From Octopus bimaculoides (taxonomy: Eukaryota): a stretch of 64,000 nt of DNA. Positions 1 through 13,176 of this stretch are shown piece after piece. How positions within the stretch are numbered: position 1 is the first letter of the stretch; every line of letters starts with the position of its first letter. A program made the position numbers and the translations under genes. The stretch lies in NCBI RefSeq assembly GCF_001194135.2, contig NC_069005.1:15687797-15751796 (forward strand). Reading direction: 5' to 3'. The notes under the pieces are model-generated. The model had not been told where the DNA came from, searched no databases, and saw only the letters and a program-made list of their open reading frames with translations.

Positions 1-753
1 TTACAATCGTGAGTCCAACACCCTGACCACTAAGTCACACGCTTCCACTTACAACCTGATTTAATTCTAGTATTTGACAAGTACTATATCTAAATGACCT
101 CAGAAAGATGAAAGGCAAAATGAATGTGGTGGGATTTGAACTCAAAATGCCATGAGCCAGAACAAATAATACAAACCATTTGCCTATCATTCTGATGATT
201 CTACCAACTGACTGGTGTGGCCTGGTAGTTAGGATGTTACACACATGGTCTTATGATGATGGTTTCAATTCCTGGACTGGGGAATGCATTGTAGGAAGGG
301 CAACAAACCATAGAACCCATCCCAAAACAGACAATTGAAGCCTGGTGCAGCTCTCCAGCTCCTGTCAAAAAATCCAACCCATGCCAGCATGGAAAAATGG
401 ACATTAAATGATGATGATTATGATGACAGCTACACCTGATTTTCTTTTAAAATTCTTCACCAAATCTTTTTACATCACACCAAACTCTATGGGGAAAATA
501 TTTCTGTTAGGATTTAAGAATTTTAGCAACTCTTCGACAATAGAAAAACAATATTTTCTTTCTCTCTCCTTCCAATTCATTTTATTTTTATAGTTTATTA
601 TTCAATTTATTTTTTCTCCTGCACACCTTTATGCTTCACCAGTCTAATTCAAGTAAGTGACTTGGCATCAACTGATGAAGTGTTATGTTGTCTTGATACA
701 ACTACACAGGCCTTGGCATTGGAGTGGTGGTGTGGTGCTGGCAAAGAAATGTG

Positions 754-785
<32 letters not shown>

Positions 786-1111
786 TGGGGGGGATGAAGG
801 GAGTGAAACAAAGATAGGGAAGAAGCGATTTTGCTTTATGCTGGCACCGATTCTGTTTCCTTTGATATCCACTGCCTGCAATGCTTTAAAACACTGTTAT
901 ACGGTTGCGAAGGTGAGATGATGAGATTAGGAATTCTGTTGAACAACTGTTGCTGCCATGACCCTCTGGTTGATAGGAAGTGTGGTGAGGTGGTGGTGAT
1001 GTATGGTGGCATGGAGTTGGTGGTCACAATAATACTTAGCTCAGAACATTTTTATATATATATAAACACATACATACATTAATAAACATATATGTACATT
1101 GTACATCTTTA

Positions 1112-1166
<55 letters not shown>

Positions 1167-1188
1167 ATACATATATACGTGTGTGTGC

Positions 1189-1225
<37 letters not shown>

Positions 1226-1414
1226 CATATACATGCATATATAAACACACATTCACAGGTGTGGTGACATTGAGGTGTTGGTTACAATGATACTAAGCAC
1301 AAGACATTTTTTTCTATTACATATCTATGAACACAAACATACATACACATCTTTACCCTGAGCAATGGTCTCTTAGACGATTTATGCACATATATACACA
1401 CACATATATATATA

Positions 1415-1449
<35 letters not shown>

Positions 1450-1644
1450 CAAATGCATATGTATATTTATGTATCTACCAATGACCTGTTTATGTATCAC
1501 ACTGTTTATCTATAGTTAGAAATACAGTAATTGATTGACGGTTTGGAATTATGTAGGAATGTGGCGGGGAGGTCAATGAAGCAGAATAGTAACAGACAAA
1601 ATAATATTTATCATATACACCATGTGATGATATACATAGTGTGT

Positions 1645-1968
1645 GAAGGCACAAAACTCAATGATTAGAGTGTTAGGCTCACAATCATCAGGTAGTTAGT
1701 TCAATTCCTAGACCAGGCTGTGTTGTGTTCTTGAGCAAGACACTTTATTTCATGTTCACTCAGCTGTAGAATTGAATTGCAGCATCATTGGTGCCAAGCT
1801 GGATCGGTCTTTGCCTTTCCCTTGGGTAGCATCAGTGGCATGGAGAGGGGAGGCTGGCTTGCATGGGTGACTGCTGGTCTTCCATAAACAACCATGCCCA
1901 GGGTTGTACCTCAGAGGGGAACTCTGTAGGTGCAAACTCATGGTCATTTATGACTAGATGGGGTCTTT
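1645..1968 (+). mobile_element. tRNA-derived SINE family A
   Basis: tRNA-like head, CTTGAGCAAGACACTT central domain, tail GGTCATT(C/T)ATGAC..GGGGTCT; many similar copies in the window. Confidence 0.85.
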
Positions 1969-2001
1969 ACCCTTTATCCTGATATGAAAGAAGCTTTAGA
2001 C

Positions 2002-2242
2002 CAGTGATTCTCAACCATTTTTGGCCCCTATGGACCCCTTTGATTCCCAATTTACTCTACTGGACCCTCCACAGCCATTTGGTGTATATTTAGGAAAAAT
2101 CTTACTGCATTTCTATAATCGAATATTATTAGGAATTGTATACATAAATTGAAATAATTTGGTTCTTGTAGAATTATGTGCAATTTATTGCACATAAATT
2201 TTAACAGCAAAATCTTGTAAGAGCCCCTGTTAAGAACCACTG
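2002..2242. mobile_element. hAT-Charlie-type MITE
   Basis: TIRs CAGTGATTCTCAAC / GTTAAGAACCACTG; 8-bp TSD CTTTAGAC / CTTTAGAT. Confidence 0.8.
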
Positions 2243-2959
2243 CTTTAGATAGAGGAGGAGACAAGGAAGGATGGGGATATGTATGGAGGAAGAGGGTAAG
2301 AAAGAAAGAGAGGGAAGGGAATGAAAGAGAGGTGAAGGGGTTGAATAAAAAGGGAGAAGGGAAGATAGAAGAGAAGAAAGGAAGACAATGGAAATGAAGA
2401 GAGAGGGAGAAAAATGGGAGAAGGAAAAAACAGAGAGAGAGAGAGAGGGAGAGAGAGAGAGGGAGGGAGAGAGAGAGGGAGGGAGGGAGGGAGAATAGAA
2501 GTGAGAGATATCAAGGTATTGTCCAGCATTTTGATGATATAAGAGGAATATCTGTTTGAAGTCAGTTTAGACAATAAAACAGCTGATTGCTTCAAAGAAT
2601 AACAATGGACCCTCCTCCACCCCCAACACCGGTGCAAACCCAAATGAGGCAACCATTATAGAACCTACTGAACCAGCTCGTTTTTTTTTTATATTTATTT
2701 TATGTTCATGACAGTTGTTCATCATCAGAGAAGCAATGCAACCTTGGTAGCAGTACAAGGCTGGTCAAGGTATGCTGTGGCTGCTATAGATATTGTGCTG
2801 ACACAGTCCAACATGTATTATTGTCAGAGAGGAGGTCAACAACTGAACCACTCCTTCCTCTATTCACTCACTGAGTCAAGTACATTGGAATCAAGCAGGA
2901 TGTAAAATAAGACCTGTAAAATCAAATTCTCAATGCACAAAATCTATTAATTGAAGGGT

Positions 2960-3755
2960 AATAAAGACCCTCACAAAAAAGTTCATCAATCCTGAAGGAT
3001 GAAAAGCAAATATCATTCTTGGCAGAATTTGAACTCAGAATGTAAAAAACTAGAAGAAATGCCACTATGCACTTTGTCTGATGTGTTAACTGTTCTCCTA
3101 GCTTGACACTGTAATAATAATGGTTTCAAATTTCGGCACAAGGCCAGCAATTTTGGAGGGGAGGATAAATCTCTTACATTGACCCCGGTGTTACTTTTTT
3201 GACCTGAAAAGGGTGAAAGGTAAAGTTTATCTCAGCATGATTTGAACTCAGAACATAAAGACAGAAGATATACCGCTAAGCATTTTACCTGGCATGCCAA
3301 CAATTCTGCCTGGCGTGACAGCTCATTGCCTTAATAATAACAATCTTTTCTACTAAAGGCACAAGGCCTGAAATTTTGGGGGATGGGACTAATTGATTAC
3401 ATTGACTCCAGTATTTCACTGGTACTTAATTTATCAACCTTAAAGGATGAAAGGCAAAGTCAACCTCAGCGGAATTTGAACTCAGAACATCAAGGCAGAT
3501 GAAATACTGTTAAGCATTTTGCCTGGAATGTTAACAATTCTTCCAGTTCATTGCCTTAGTAAAAATAATCTTTTCTGCTGGAAGCACAAGGCTTCACATT
3601 TGGGGGAAGGGATTGAGTCAATCACATCGACCCCAGTGCATAACTGATACTTGTTTAATCGACCCCGAAAGGATGACAGGCATTGGCAGAATTTGAACTC
3701 AGAACGTAACGGCAGATGAAATACTACTAAGCATTTCGCCTGGTGTGCTAACGAA
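2960..3755 (-). mobile_element. Head-to-tail cluster of four SINE family B copies
   Basis: Four repeats of GAATTTGAACTCAGAA / GGATGAAAGGCAAAGT / AAATTTCAGGCCTTGTGCC separated by (TAA) tails. Confidence 0.85.
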
Positions 3756-4751
3756 TAATGAAGACTGCATCGAGAGGGATTCCAATCCAAAGGAGTAAAA
3801 TATGAACTAGACCAGGCAAACTTAATCAGGGTTAACAAGATCTATCAAACAAGATTAAATACAGCCCCATTAAATAAAAACCATACAGACAAATCCTTCA
3901 TCACCTCATCTTCCACTCTCTCCCTCGATGAAAAATTTGCACAAAGCTTAAATGCAATTCAATTATATGACCCCAAATCTCCTCACTATCTTGTATCGTA
4001 ATGGCCAGTTAATGGCATCTGGAAGAAAAAAATTAATCAAGAAAAAAAGAACTTTTACCTTTAGTGTTTCAATTGTGTCGTTATGTTGATGTTCTATCAC
4101 ATTTTTGGTCTGTAAAGGAAACCAAATAAAAGATATAAATATTTAAGTGGAATACCAATTAATCAATCAAAAATAGTGAAAAACGGCCTTTTTTTCATCT
4201 TTATTCTTTTTCAATAAAAGTAATCCCTCGCTGTGAGAGTGTTTGTGATAGCTTTAAAGCAAACNNNNNNNNNNNNNNNNNNNNNNNNNNNNNNNNNNNN
4301 NNNNNNNNNNNNNNNNNNNNNNNNNNNNNNNNNNNNNNNNNNNNNNNNNNNNNNNNNNNNNNNNNNNNNNNNNNNNNNNNNNNNNNNNNNNNNNNNNNNN
4401 NNNNNNNNNNNNNNNNNNNNNNNNNNNNNNNNNNNNNNNNNNNNNNNNNNNNNNNNNNNNNNNNNNNNNNNNNNNNNNNNNNNNNNNNNNNNNNNNNNNN
4501 NNNNNNNNNNNNNNNNNNNNNNNNNNNNNNNNNNNNNNNNNNNNNNNNNNNNNNNNNNNNNNNNNNNNNNNNNNNNNNNNNNNNNNNNNNNNNNNNNNNN
4601 NNNNNNNNNNNNNNNNNNNNNNNNNNNNNNNNNNNNNNNNNNNNNNNNNNNNNNNNNNNNNNNNNNNNNNNNNNNNNNNNNNNNNNNNNNNNNNNNNNNN
4701 NNNNNNNNNNNNNNNNNNNNNNNNNNNNNNNNNNNNNNNNNNNNNNNNNNN

Positions 4752-4970
4752 NCACAAGGATGCTGAAAAGTTCCAGGCTTTAAGGGTATTGCGAAGGGCC
4801 TGGTTGGAGGCCCAACATTCTGAGTTCTTTTACATTGCTTAGAAAAACTGAAGGACTGCTGCAATAAGTGTGTGAATCTGAGAGGGAAATATGTCTAATA
4901 AAATCCTAATTAACTGATCCTCCTATATATTTTTTTTACCCAAACCCAGGAACTTTTCAGCATCCCCTTA
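4752..4970 (-). mobile_element. Mariner-derived MITE, same family as 31594-31805
   Basis: Reverse-complement similarity throughout; TIR GATGCTGAAAAGTTCC / GGAACTTTTCAGCATC. Confidence 0.72.
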
Positions 4971-4979
4971 TGTGTATGA

Positions 4980-5011
<32 letters not shown>

Positions 5012-5032
5012 ATGTATGTATGTATGTATGTA

Positions 5033-5077
<45 letters not shown>

Positions 5078-6174
5078 GCAGAAGAATGGCAACTTGTCCA
5101 GACAAAGAGATGTCTCTCAGGGATTTTGTAACCAAGTACAAGGTCTCAAGTGGCGAAACATTTACATAAAATAGATCAATGTGGTTAAAAATGTCAACAG
5201 ATTAGAAAGAAAAAAATTTGAGGAATAGAAAAAAAGTGCCAGTAACTTTCAAACAATTGCAATGGAATCGTGTCGGTAGGTAACATATTTTGAAAATTCA
5301 AGAAATAAATGAAAAATGAATTTCACCCTTTAACCATGAAATCGAATTTCATGGTTATTCCAGAAATAATGTTAAATGTCTACCAAAAATTGGAATTGGA
5401 ATTGGTATTTTCTTACAAGAAGCAAATTTATTGGAGGTTAATGTTTTTTTAGGGCCTGTCAACCTGAGGTTGCATATTATTCCATTAGTGATAAACTTGA
5501 CACATCTCAACAAAAAATAGCTTCAGTCATGACATTCCGCAGCAAAAGATAGATTGGTATATTAAACTGGTTTCTGCAGTTAAGGATAATAAGGTTTTGA
5601 GTGGGCATATCTGATTTCCGCAATAAAAAGGTTAAGAGATTTTGTTTATTCTTAAATGGTCAAAAATTCACTTCTGCAATGTAATTTAAAGATGGACAAT
5701 TGTGAAAGCTTTCTAAATCAAGTTGCTTCTACATCATGAATCAACTTTTCTACATTGACAATCATATCTCTATACACTCCCTCATGCTCTGTTATCTTAA
5801 CATTTCAATGTAACTCAAAAATTCAAAGGATGCTTGATCACTAAACAGAAATGATGTAATTTTAATTATAAATAATTTAATTTTTGATATCACACTTGGT
5901 TACTGTCTTATCTGTTCTTGTAACCTAGCAGTTTGAAAAGTGGAGAATGATAAACCAAGTATCAGCTTGGAATGAATATCAAGATCCACATCATTAACTA
6001 AAATCCTTGATAGTGTTGTCCCACCACAGCCACAATCTAATGACTATAACCAGTAAAAGAATGACTACATCACTGCCTATAAGTTAACAAGGGTGACACT
6101 ATGTAGTCAATCAACCTGGTAGAAATAGCAGCCAAATCTCCCTTGAATCACAGCATAACAGGTTATTAGACAAT

Positions 6175-6507
6175 GAAGGCACATGGCTTAGTGTTTAGAG
6201 TGTTGGACTCACAATCATGAGGTAATGAGTTTGATTCCAGGACCAGGCTGTGTGTTGTGTCGTTGAGCAAGACACTTTATTTCATGTTGCTCCAGTTCAC
6301 TCAGCTGTAGAAATGAATTGCAACACCACTAGTGCCATGCTGTACTGGCCTTTGCCTTCCCCTTGGATAACATCAGTGGTGTGAAGAGGGGAGGCTGGTG
6401 TGTATGGGCAACTGCTAGTTTTCCATAAACAATCTTGCCCGGGCTTGTACCTCAGATGGGAACTTTCTAGGTTCAATTCCATGGTCATTCATGACTGAAG
6501 GGGGTCT
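6175..6507 (+). mobile_element. SINE family A
   Basis: Full-length similarity to 1645-1968. Confidence 0.87.
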
Positions 6508-6972
6508 AAATTAAATAAACAGTCCATTATATCATTTTAACATCAGCTCTTCCATGCTTGCATGTGTTGGGTGGAATCTGTTGAGGCAGATTTTCTATGG
6601 CCAGATACCCTTCTTGTCACCAACCCTCACCTGTTTCCAAGCAAGGTAGTATTTCATCATGGCCAGAAATGTTTTTGCAGAATATTGGAAATGACTGACA
6701 CTGGTTGTATGACAGTGATAACCATTTACAACTGTCATGCTGTATCAAGATCAGAAGATACGTACACACACCTATACACATGTACACAAACACACACACA
6801 CTATGGGCTATTTTCAGTTTCCATCAAGGAAATCCACTCTCAAGGCTTTGGTTAATCTTGGGCTATAGTAGAAGACACTTGCTCAAGGTGCCATCTCGTG
6901 AGACTGAACCTGAAACCATGTTACGAAGTAAACTTTTTAAGCACATAGCCCATAGCCATACTTGCACATACA

Positions 6973-7030
<58 letters not shown>

Positions 7031-7701
7031 TTTTCTGTGTTTATGTTTACATTGCCTTTATAAAAAGTGCTGCTGTTAATGTCTCATAAGTTAGCACTTT
7101 AAAAACAGATTAATAGAATAAGAAGGCAAATGAAATAAATAATGGGGTCATTACAAGCATAAAAAATCCTTTGAAATGCCATGCCTCAGCATGGCGACAA
7201 TCCAATGACTAAATCCAGTAGACCCCACCCCCACCACCACCACCACCACCACCAAAAAAAAAATCTGAGATGTTAGCATGGTGAAAATGATGTAAGTGAT
7301 GGTGGTGGTGGTGGTGAGGAATGGGAGAAGACTTCCAAGATTATTTTGACCAATAGAATCACAGCTTGAAATTTATCAGTTGTATCTAGTGCAAACCACC
7401 AGATAGTATGAGATGGTAATCTATTTTAACACTTTCACTGCTAGTCACTTAGAGTAATTGTCTGACTGGTATTAAGAGAGTGAAAAGAGTAGAATTTCTT
7501 TTTTTATAAAATCAAAGGAAACTTCACGAGGATAAGTAATATTACTACAGCTTTTACTGATCAAGGCCAGTATATATAGATTGTTATCACACATGAAAAT
7601 GATATTGGATGATATTGGGCAGAACATAAAGCATGTTAGCATTTTGTGATTTAAAGCTGTTGGGTTTTTTTTTTTGTTTGTCTTCTATTTTTATTTACAA
7701 C

Positions 7702-8308
7702 TTAACCTTTTTGTTACCATGTTTCTGTTGAAATATACTGCCTTTTGTTTCAATTAATTTTGAAAATGATCTTTATTCTTATTGTTTTATCTTCTACTTG
7801 TTACAGTTGTTTGACTGTGATCATGCTGGAGCACTTCTCTAAAGGGATTTAGTTGAAATGAGTCAACCCTGGTACTTACTTTTTATTTTATTAGTTTCTT
7901 TTGCCAAACTGGTAAGTTTATGGGATGTAAACAAACCAACACTAGTTGCCAAGTGATGGTGGGAGACAAATACACACACACACACACACATATGATGGGC
8001 TTCTTTTAGTTTCTGTTTACCAAATCCATTGCCAAAGTTGTGGTTGACCTGGGGTTTACCCAAAGTGCTGCGCATTGTGACTGAACCTAAAAACACCTGG
8101 TTGGAAAGCAAGCTTCTCAACCACACACTCACGCTTGCACCTGACGGAGAATTCAGGAAAATAACTGTCATTATTATCAAACTGGTATTTGGAACATAAA
8201 TTGACATACAATTTTGATAGAAGGTGTGATTTTAGATCATTTTTAACCATGAAGTTTGCATCATAGAACCAGGAGCAGTCCCAGGTGGTTTGATATCAAA
8301 AGGGATAA
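7702..8308. mobile_element. TTAA-flanked (piggyBac-like) MITE interrupted by a SINE at ~7790-8145
   Basis: Termini TTAACCTTTTTGTTACC / GATATCAAAAGGGATAA; partial second copy at ~51380-51520 ending GGGGTTAA. Confidence 0.55.
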
Positions 8309-8346
8309 TATTTCACATTTAATAGGGTTTATAATAATAAATGCAA

Positions 8347-8655
8347 AGGTGCATGTCTCAGTGGTTAGAGTGTCAGGTTCACAATCATGTGGTAATGGGT
8401 TCGATTCCCAGACCAGGCTGTGTGTTGTGTTCTTGAGCAAGATACTTTCATTTCATGTTGCTCCAGTTCACTCAGCTGTACAAATGAGTCATGATGTCAC
8501 TAGTGCCAAGCTGTATTGGCCTTTGCCTTTCCCTTGGATAACATCAGTGGCGTGGAGAGGGGGGGGGCTGGTATGCATGGGTGATTGCTGGTCTTCCATA
8601 AACCTTGCCTGGACTTGTGCCTTGGAGTGGAACTTTCTAGGTGCAATCCCATGGG
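8347..8655 (+). mobile_element. SINE family A
   Basis: Similarity to the other family A copies. Confidence 0.85.
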
Positions 8656-9864
8656 TGCTTACTCTATAATAACAAATGTAAAGGCAAGTGGACTAATAGT
8701 AATGTTATCAGCATCATGATTGTAAGGTTGTAGGTTCAAGACCTGGATCATGCAGCACATTGGAAGGAAACTTGAAGAATATAATAGGTGTCAGTGTAGC
8801 TGTGTGATCAAGAAGTTCACACTGGAAGTTACATCCTTCTGAATTTTATGCCATTGGTAGTTACATCCTTCTGAATCTTGTGGCATTTTGCAGGGAGTGT
8901 GATACAAAAAAGATTGGCTGCTATTTCTAGCAGGTCCTTTGACAGCATAGTAGCTCCCTTTATGGCTTATCAACAATTGTCTGAATAGGTAGTTTTATTG
9001 TGACAACACTTCATTGCCCACTCAATACTGGTTTCAAATTTTGGCATAAGGCCTGAAAGTTTGTTGGAGGGGTAAGTCGACTGCATCAACCCAGTACTCA
9101 ACTGGTACTTATTTCATTGACCCCAAAAGGATGAAAAGCAAAGTCAACCCCAGTGGCATTGCCACTGGTTTTCTGGTGTCGTAACCATTCTGCCAGCTCA
9201 TCGCCTTATTGCCCACTCAATATTATTACCATCTCACTATTATCACATGACCAAACCTTTGTTCTCTAAAAAGGTACTTCATTTCTAGTTATTCCAGTCT
9301 CTTCAGTTGAAAGGGGTACCAGCAGTGTAAGCAATTGATAGTAATAATACTCACTGACACATGGGAGTCCAAAGTGTGTTCTTATACTCTTAGTTGCTTA
9401 CATTCCTCAAGAACTGAGATATTCTTCGACCTAATGAGGCCTGGAGGCTCAAGACAAACTTTTAAATGACAAATACAAAGAACATCTTGATCTGTTATTC
9501 TTTATTGACAACAGTTGTTGTAGTTACTTAGTCTAGGTCAACCCCTAATCCTAATCGAAGGTGCTTCAGACATGAACAGCCTTTTTTTCCCCCCTTTTAC
9601 AGTGTATCTCAAACTATTCTATTCAAAGTGTCTTTTATTTTTAAGTCATTAATTAGTGCAATACAAAAGAGATTGGCTGCTATTTCTAGTAGGTTCCTTG
9701 ATGACATAATAGCTTCCTCATTGGCTCATCAAGAAATATCTTTACCAACCCTAAGGTGGCGAACTGGTTGAATTGTTAGTAAGCAGGGAAAAATGCTTAG
9801 TGGCATTTTATCTGTCTTTATATACCGAGTTCAAATTCTGCAAGGGTGACTTTGCCTTTCATCA

Positions 9865-9948
9865 TTATATATATATACACATACATACATATATACGCAT
9901 ACACATATATATATATATAACATATATACATACACATACATACATACA

Positions 9949-9984
<36 letters not shown>

Positions 9985-10430
9985 TACATACATACACACA
10001 CGCACACACACATATATATATATATATACACCTACACATACATATATATATATACATACACACATACACATAACATATATACATACACACATGTATACAT
10101 ATATATACATATATATATATATACATACATACATATACATACACACATGTATACATATATATACNNNNNNNNNNNNNNNNNNNNNNNNNNNNNNNNNNNN
10201 NNNNNNNNNNNNNNNNNNNNNNNNNNNNNNNNNNNNNNNNNNNNNNNNNNNNNNNNNNNNNNNNNNNNNNNNNNNNNNNNNNNNNNNNNNNNNNNNNNNN
10301 NNNNNNNNNNNNNNNNNNNNNNNNNNNNNNNNNNNNNNNNNNNNNNNNNNNNNNNNNNNNNNNNNNNNNNNNNNNNNNNNNNNNATATATATATATATAT
10401 ATATACATGTACAAATGCACACACACACAC
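9865..10430. repeat. Compound (TA)/(CATA)/(CA) microsatellite with gap
   Basis: Directly visible. Confidence 0.95.
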
Positions 10431-10444
10431 ACAAACAAACCAAT

Positions 10445-11340
10445 ATGAGCTAAAAATGGCAGAGATCATGATCATGAACAGAGCAAATGGAGATGCATCA
10501 AAATCTCAAGTGAAAACCTTTATAATGAGAGTATCTAAATATGAGTTTATCGACAAACACATCAGTGACAGTTTCAGTGCAGACAAGCTACAGGATAAAA
10601 TGGGTGCTTAGTGACCAACACTGGCTCATGTCAACATTTGTTCAGCTTTAAGCTAGGGCATAAGGAGATATGTGCGCATTATGAATTTATGCACACGGTA
10701 AATCCAAAGTCAACATGAAATCTGCAGTAAAGCTATCTACGGCTCGATATAAACACATTTGTTTGACAGCTGGACAGCAGTTATATGATTGTAGAATAAG
10801 TTTTTTTAAACTCTGTAGAAAATAATCCATTGAACTGAGTTAGCCATTAAGTAATGTAAACAAATTAGAAGTTACAACTGTAAGTAGTTCTATGTAAGGC
10901 AACTATAACAGCAACAGTGGGAACAAGTTTCTAGTTGGTTTTGTTAAAGAATATCAAGATTATGGAGGTAACCAATTGTACAGTTAGGATTAATAACACT
11001 TAAATCTTGAACTCAGGATATATTGAGCCTGTCTGGTTACTATGTAGTATGTATGCTCTGCTGTGCAGTTATCAACACCATGTTGGGAGCGGTTTTTATT
11101 TAAGATCTACTGATGACTGATGGGTAAAAATGGACACAGATGTATTAAAGTCCAAAGTATTTAAGTATTAAGAGCATGTCGGTATTTTGAAAATACCTCA
11201 TGGAGTGACAACTGTACCCTGCATAGTTATGAGTGGCCCTGGCAAGGCATGGCACATGTTCAGCCACTCTACCATGGATACAGTGAAGTCATGGCACTGA
11301 AGCATGGTAGATTGTGAAGAGGTAGCAGAAGAGCTAAACT
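10445..11340 (+). pseudogene. Possible very old RTE LINE RT/C-terminal remnant
   Basis: Weak motifs AEIMIMNR..KYEFIDK and MDTVKSW..SMVDC..AEE resemble RTE C-terminal segments; heavily decayed. Confidence 0.33.
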
Positions 11341-11789
11341 GAACCACTGATGCTTTTTACATTGATGGTGAGCGGGAGAATCCAAGAAAATCAATGGTCA
11401 AGATCAAACTCTATCAAGAGAGTAAGTGCAACACATCCATAGGGGTGGTGTCCATGGTTGTGTAATCAGCAAATGAAAAGAGCCATTATGACTCAAGCTC
11501 CCAATCGAAACATCAATAATAGAATTGAGTCGTAACAGAGAGTCAAGGGAGTCCATGCAAGTGATGTATGTATGCATGCATGTATGTATGTATGTAGTCA
11601 AGCGATGATGTTTTTATTGTTTAACCTCGGATCAGGCCTGAATGAGCAGTCCGATGGGCAAAAACATTTAGTCTTTCACTACTCTAACATTTTATTCAAA
11701 CACAATGCACCTAGGATTAAATTATCCAGTGTGTTCTTTCTTTTTTTTAAGATGGAAGGAGTGTTTGACATAAAAATAAAACTAATGAA

Positions 11790-12060
11790 TTATCATCATC
11801 ATCATTTAACATCTGTTGTCCATGCTGGCATGGGTTGGATGGTCTGACCAGAGCTAGCAAACTGGGGTGGGGGTAGGGGGCTGCACCAGGTTCCAGTCTG
11901 ATTTGGCATGGTTTCTGCAACTGGATGTCCTTCCTAATACCAACCACTCTACAGAGTGTACTTGGTGCATTTACATGGTACTGCACAGGTGCTTTACATG
12001 GCACCACACAGGCACTTTTACATATCATTGCATGGATGCTGTTACATGTCACTGCATGGG
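11790..12060 (-). mobile_element. SINE family D / RTE-type 3' tail ending in (ATG)n
   Basis: GGTTGG(C/T)RTTAGGAAGGRCATCCAG..CCATGCCAGCATGGA..GTTAAATGATGAT, as in RTE-clade 3' UTRs; copies also at 265-425, 22245-22460, 53930-54090, 59930-60060. Confidence 0.78.
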
Positions 12061-12409
12061 CACTTTACACCACCAGAAGGTTCAGTCTTAACACTTCTGC
12101 AGCAGAGTACATTTGTGATACCCTGCCTATGAACAACAACAGTAATACTAATGGACATTACTTCACCAGTGACAAAACAATTGCAAGCTTCCAAAGAAGC
12201 CTGTAAGTGATCACTCAACTTGCTAGACATAACAGCCAAATTTCCTCAACTTATACTTTACCATCTTAAGAGAAAGACACATTGGTAAATGTAGTCTTAT
12301 CTAATCCTAAAATGGATGACTATGGCTGGAAAGTCTTTGATCACAACTCTACTTTATCATGGTTGGCTTGGGCTAAAAAAAGACAACAATAACCAATCAC
12401 TACCATCTT

Positions 12410-12810
12410 TTACATGTTTCCGTCATTAAATTGTGGCAATGCTGGAGCACCGCCTTGAAGAAGTTTTAGTTGAATGAATCGAGTCCCAGTACTTTTTTCT
12501 TTAAGCCTTGTACTTTCTCTATCATTCTCTTTTGCTGAACCACTATGTTATGGGGACATAAACACACCAACACCAGTTGTCAAGCCATGGTAGGAAGACA
12601 AACACAGACACAAAGACACACACATAAATATATATACATATATATATATGACAGGATTCATTCAGTTTCCATCTACCAGATACACTCACAAGGATTTGAT
12701 GAGCCTGAGGCTATAGTATAAGACACTTGCCCAAGGTGCCACGCAGTGGGACTGAACACGGAACCATGTGGTTGAGAATCAAGCTTCTTACCACACAGCT
12801 ATGTCTGTGC
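12410..12810 (-). mobile_element. SINE family C (bipartite, internal TA/CA microsatellite; resembles octopus OK-type SINE)
   Basis: Head GCTGTGTGGTAAGAAGCTTG..GTTCAGTCCCACTGCGTGGCACCTTGGGCAAGTG; tail GTGCTCCAGCAT..; more than 20 copies in the window. Confidence 0.85.
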
Positions 12811-13134
12811 TGATAGTAACAAAAACAACAAAATTAAGAGAAAGAAATCAATTAGAAGCAAAGAGAGGAAGGTAATTTATTCTAATTAGTGTGAGAAGTG
12901 GGTCTTCTTCCTTCTCCAGCGCAACAGGTTTCCAGATGGACCTAATATCCTGAGATGCTATGATGTAAAACAAACAGGAAATTAATTCCGGACACCTAAG
13001 GCAATTGAGGGATGGGGTTGGAGGGTGTTTCTATGTGGACGTACAAAATGCTAGAAATAACAGCAAAATTTCCCTTGAATCACACACCCTACTTTCTTAC
13101 AAGGATCCACTGGATAATGTAGCCATGGATATGC

Positions 13135-13176
<42 letters not shown>

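Noticed and set aside
1645-1720. tRNA-like sequences at SINE heads
   Set aside because: These are SINE 5' domains continuing into SINE bodies, not functional tRNA genes.
2960-3755. Regularly spaced repeated motifs reminiscent of a CRISPR-like array
   Set aside because: The units are whole ~200-bp SINE copies in eukaryotic DNA; no repeat-spacer architecture.
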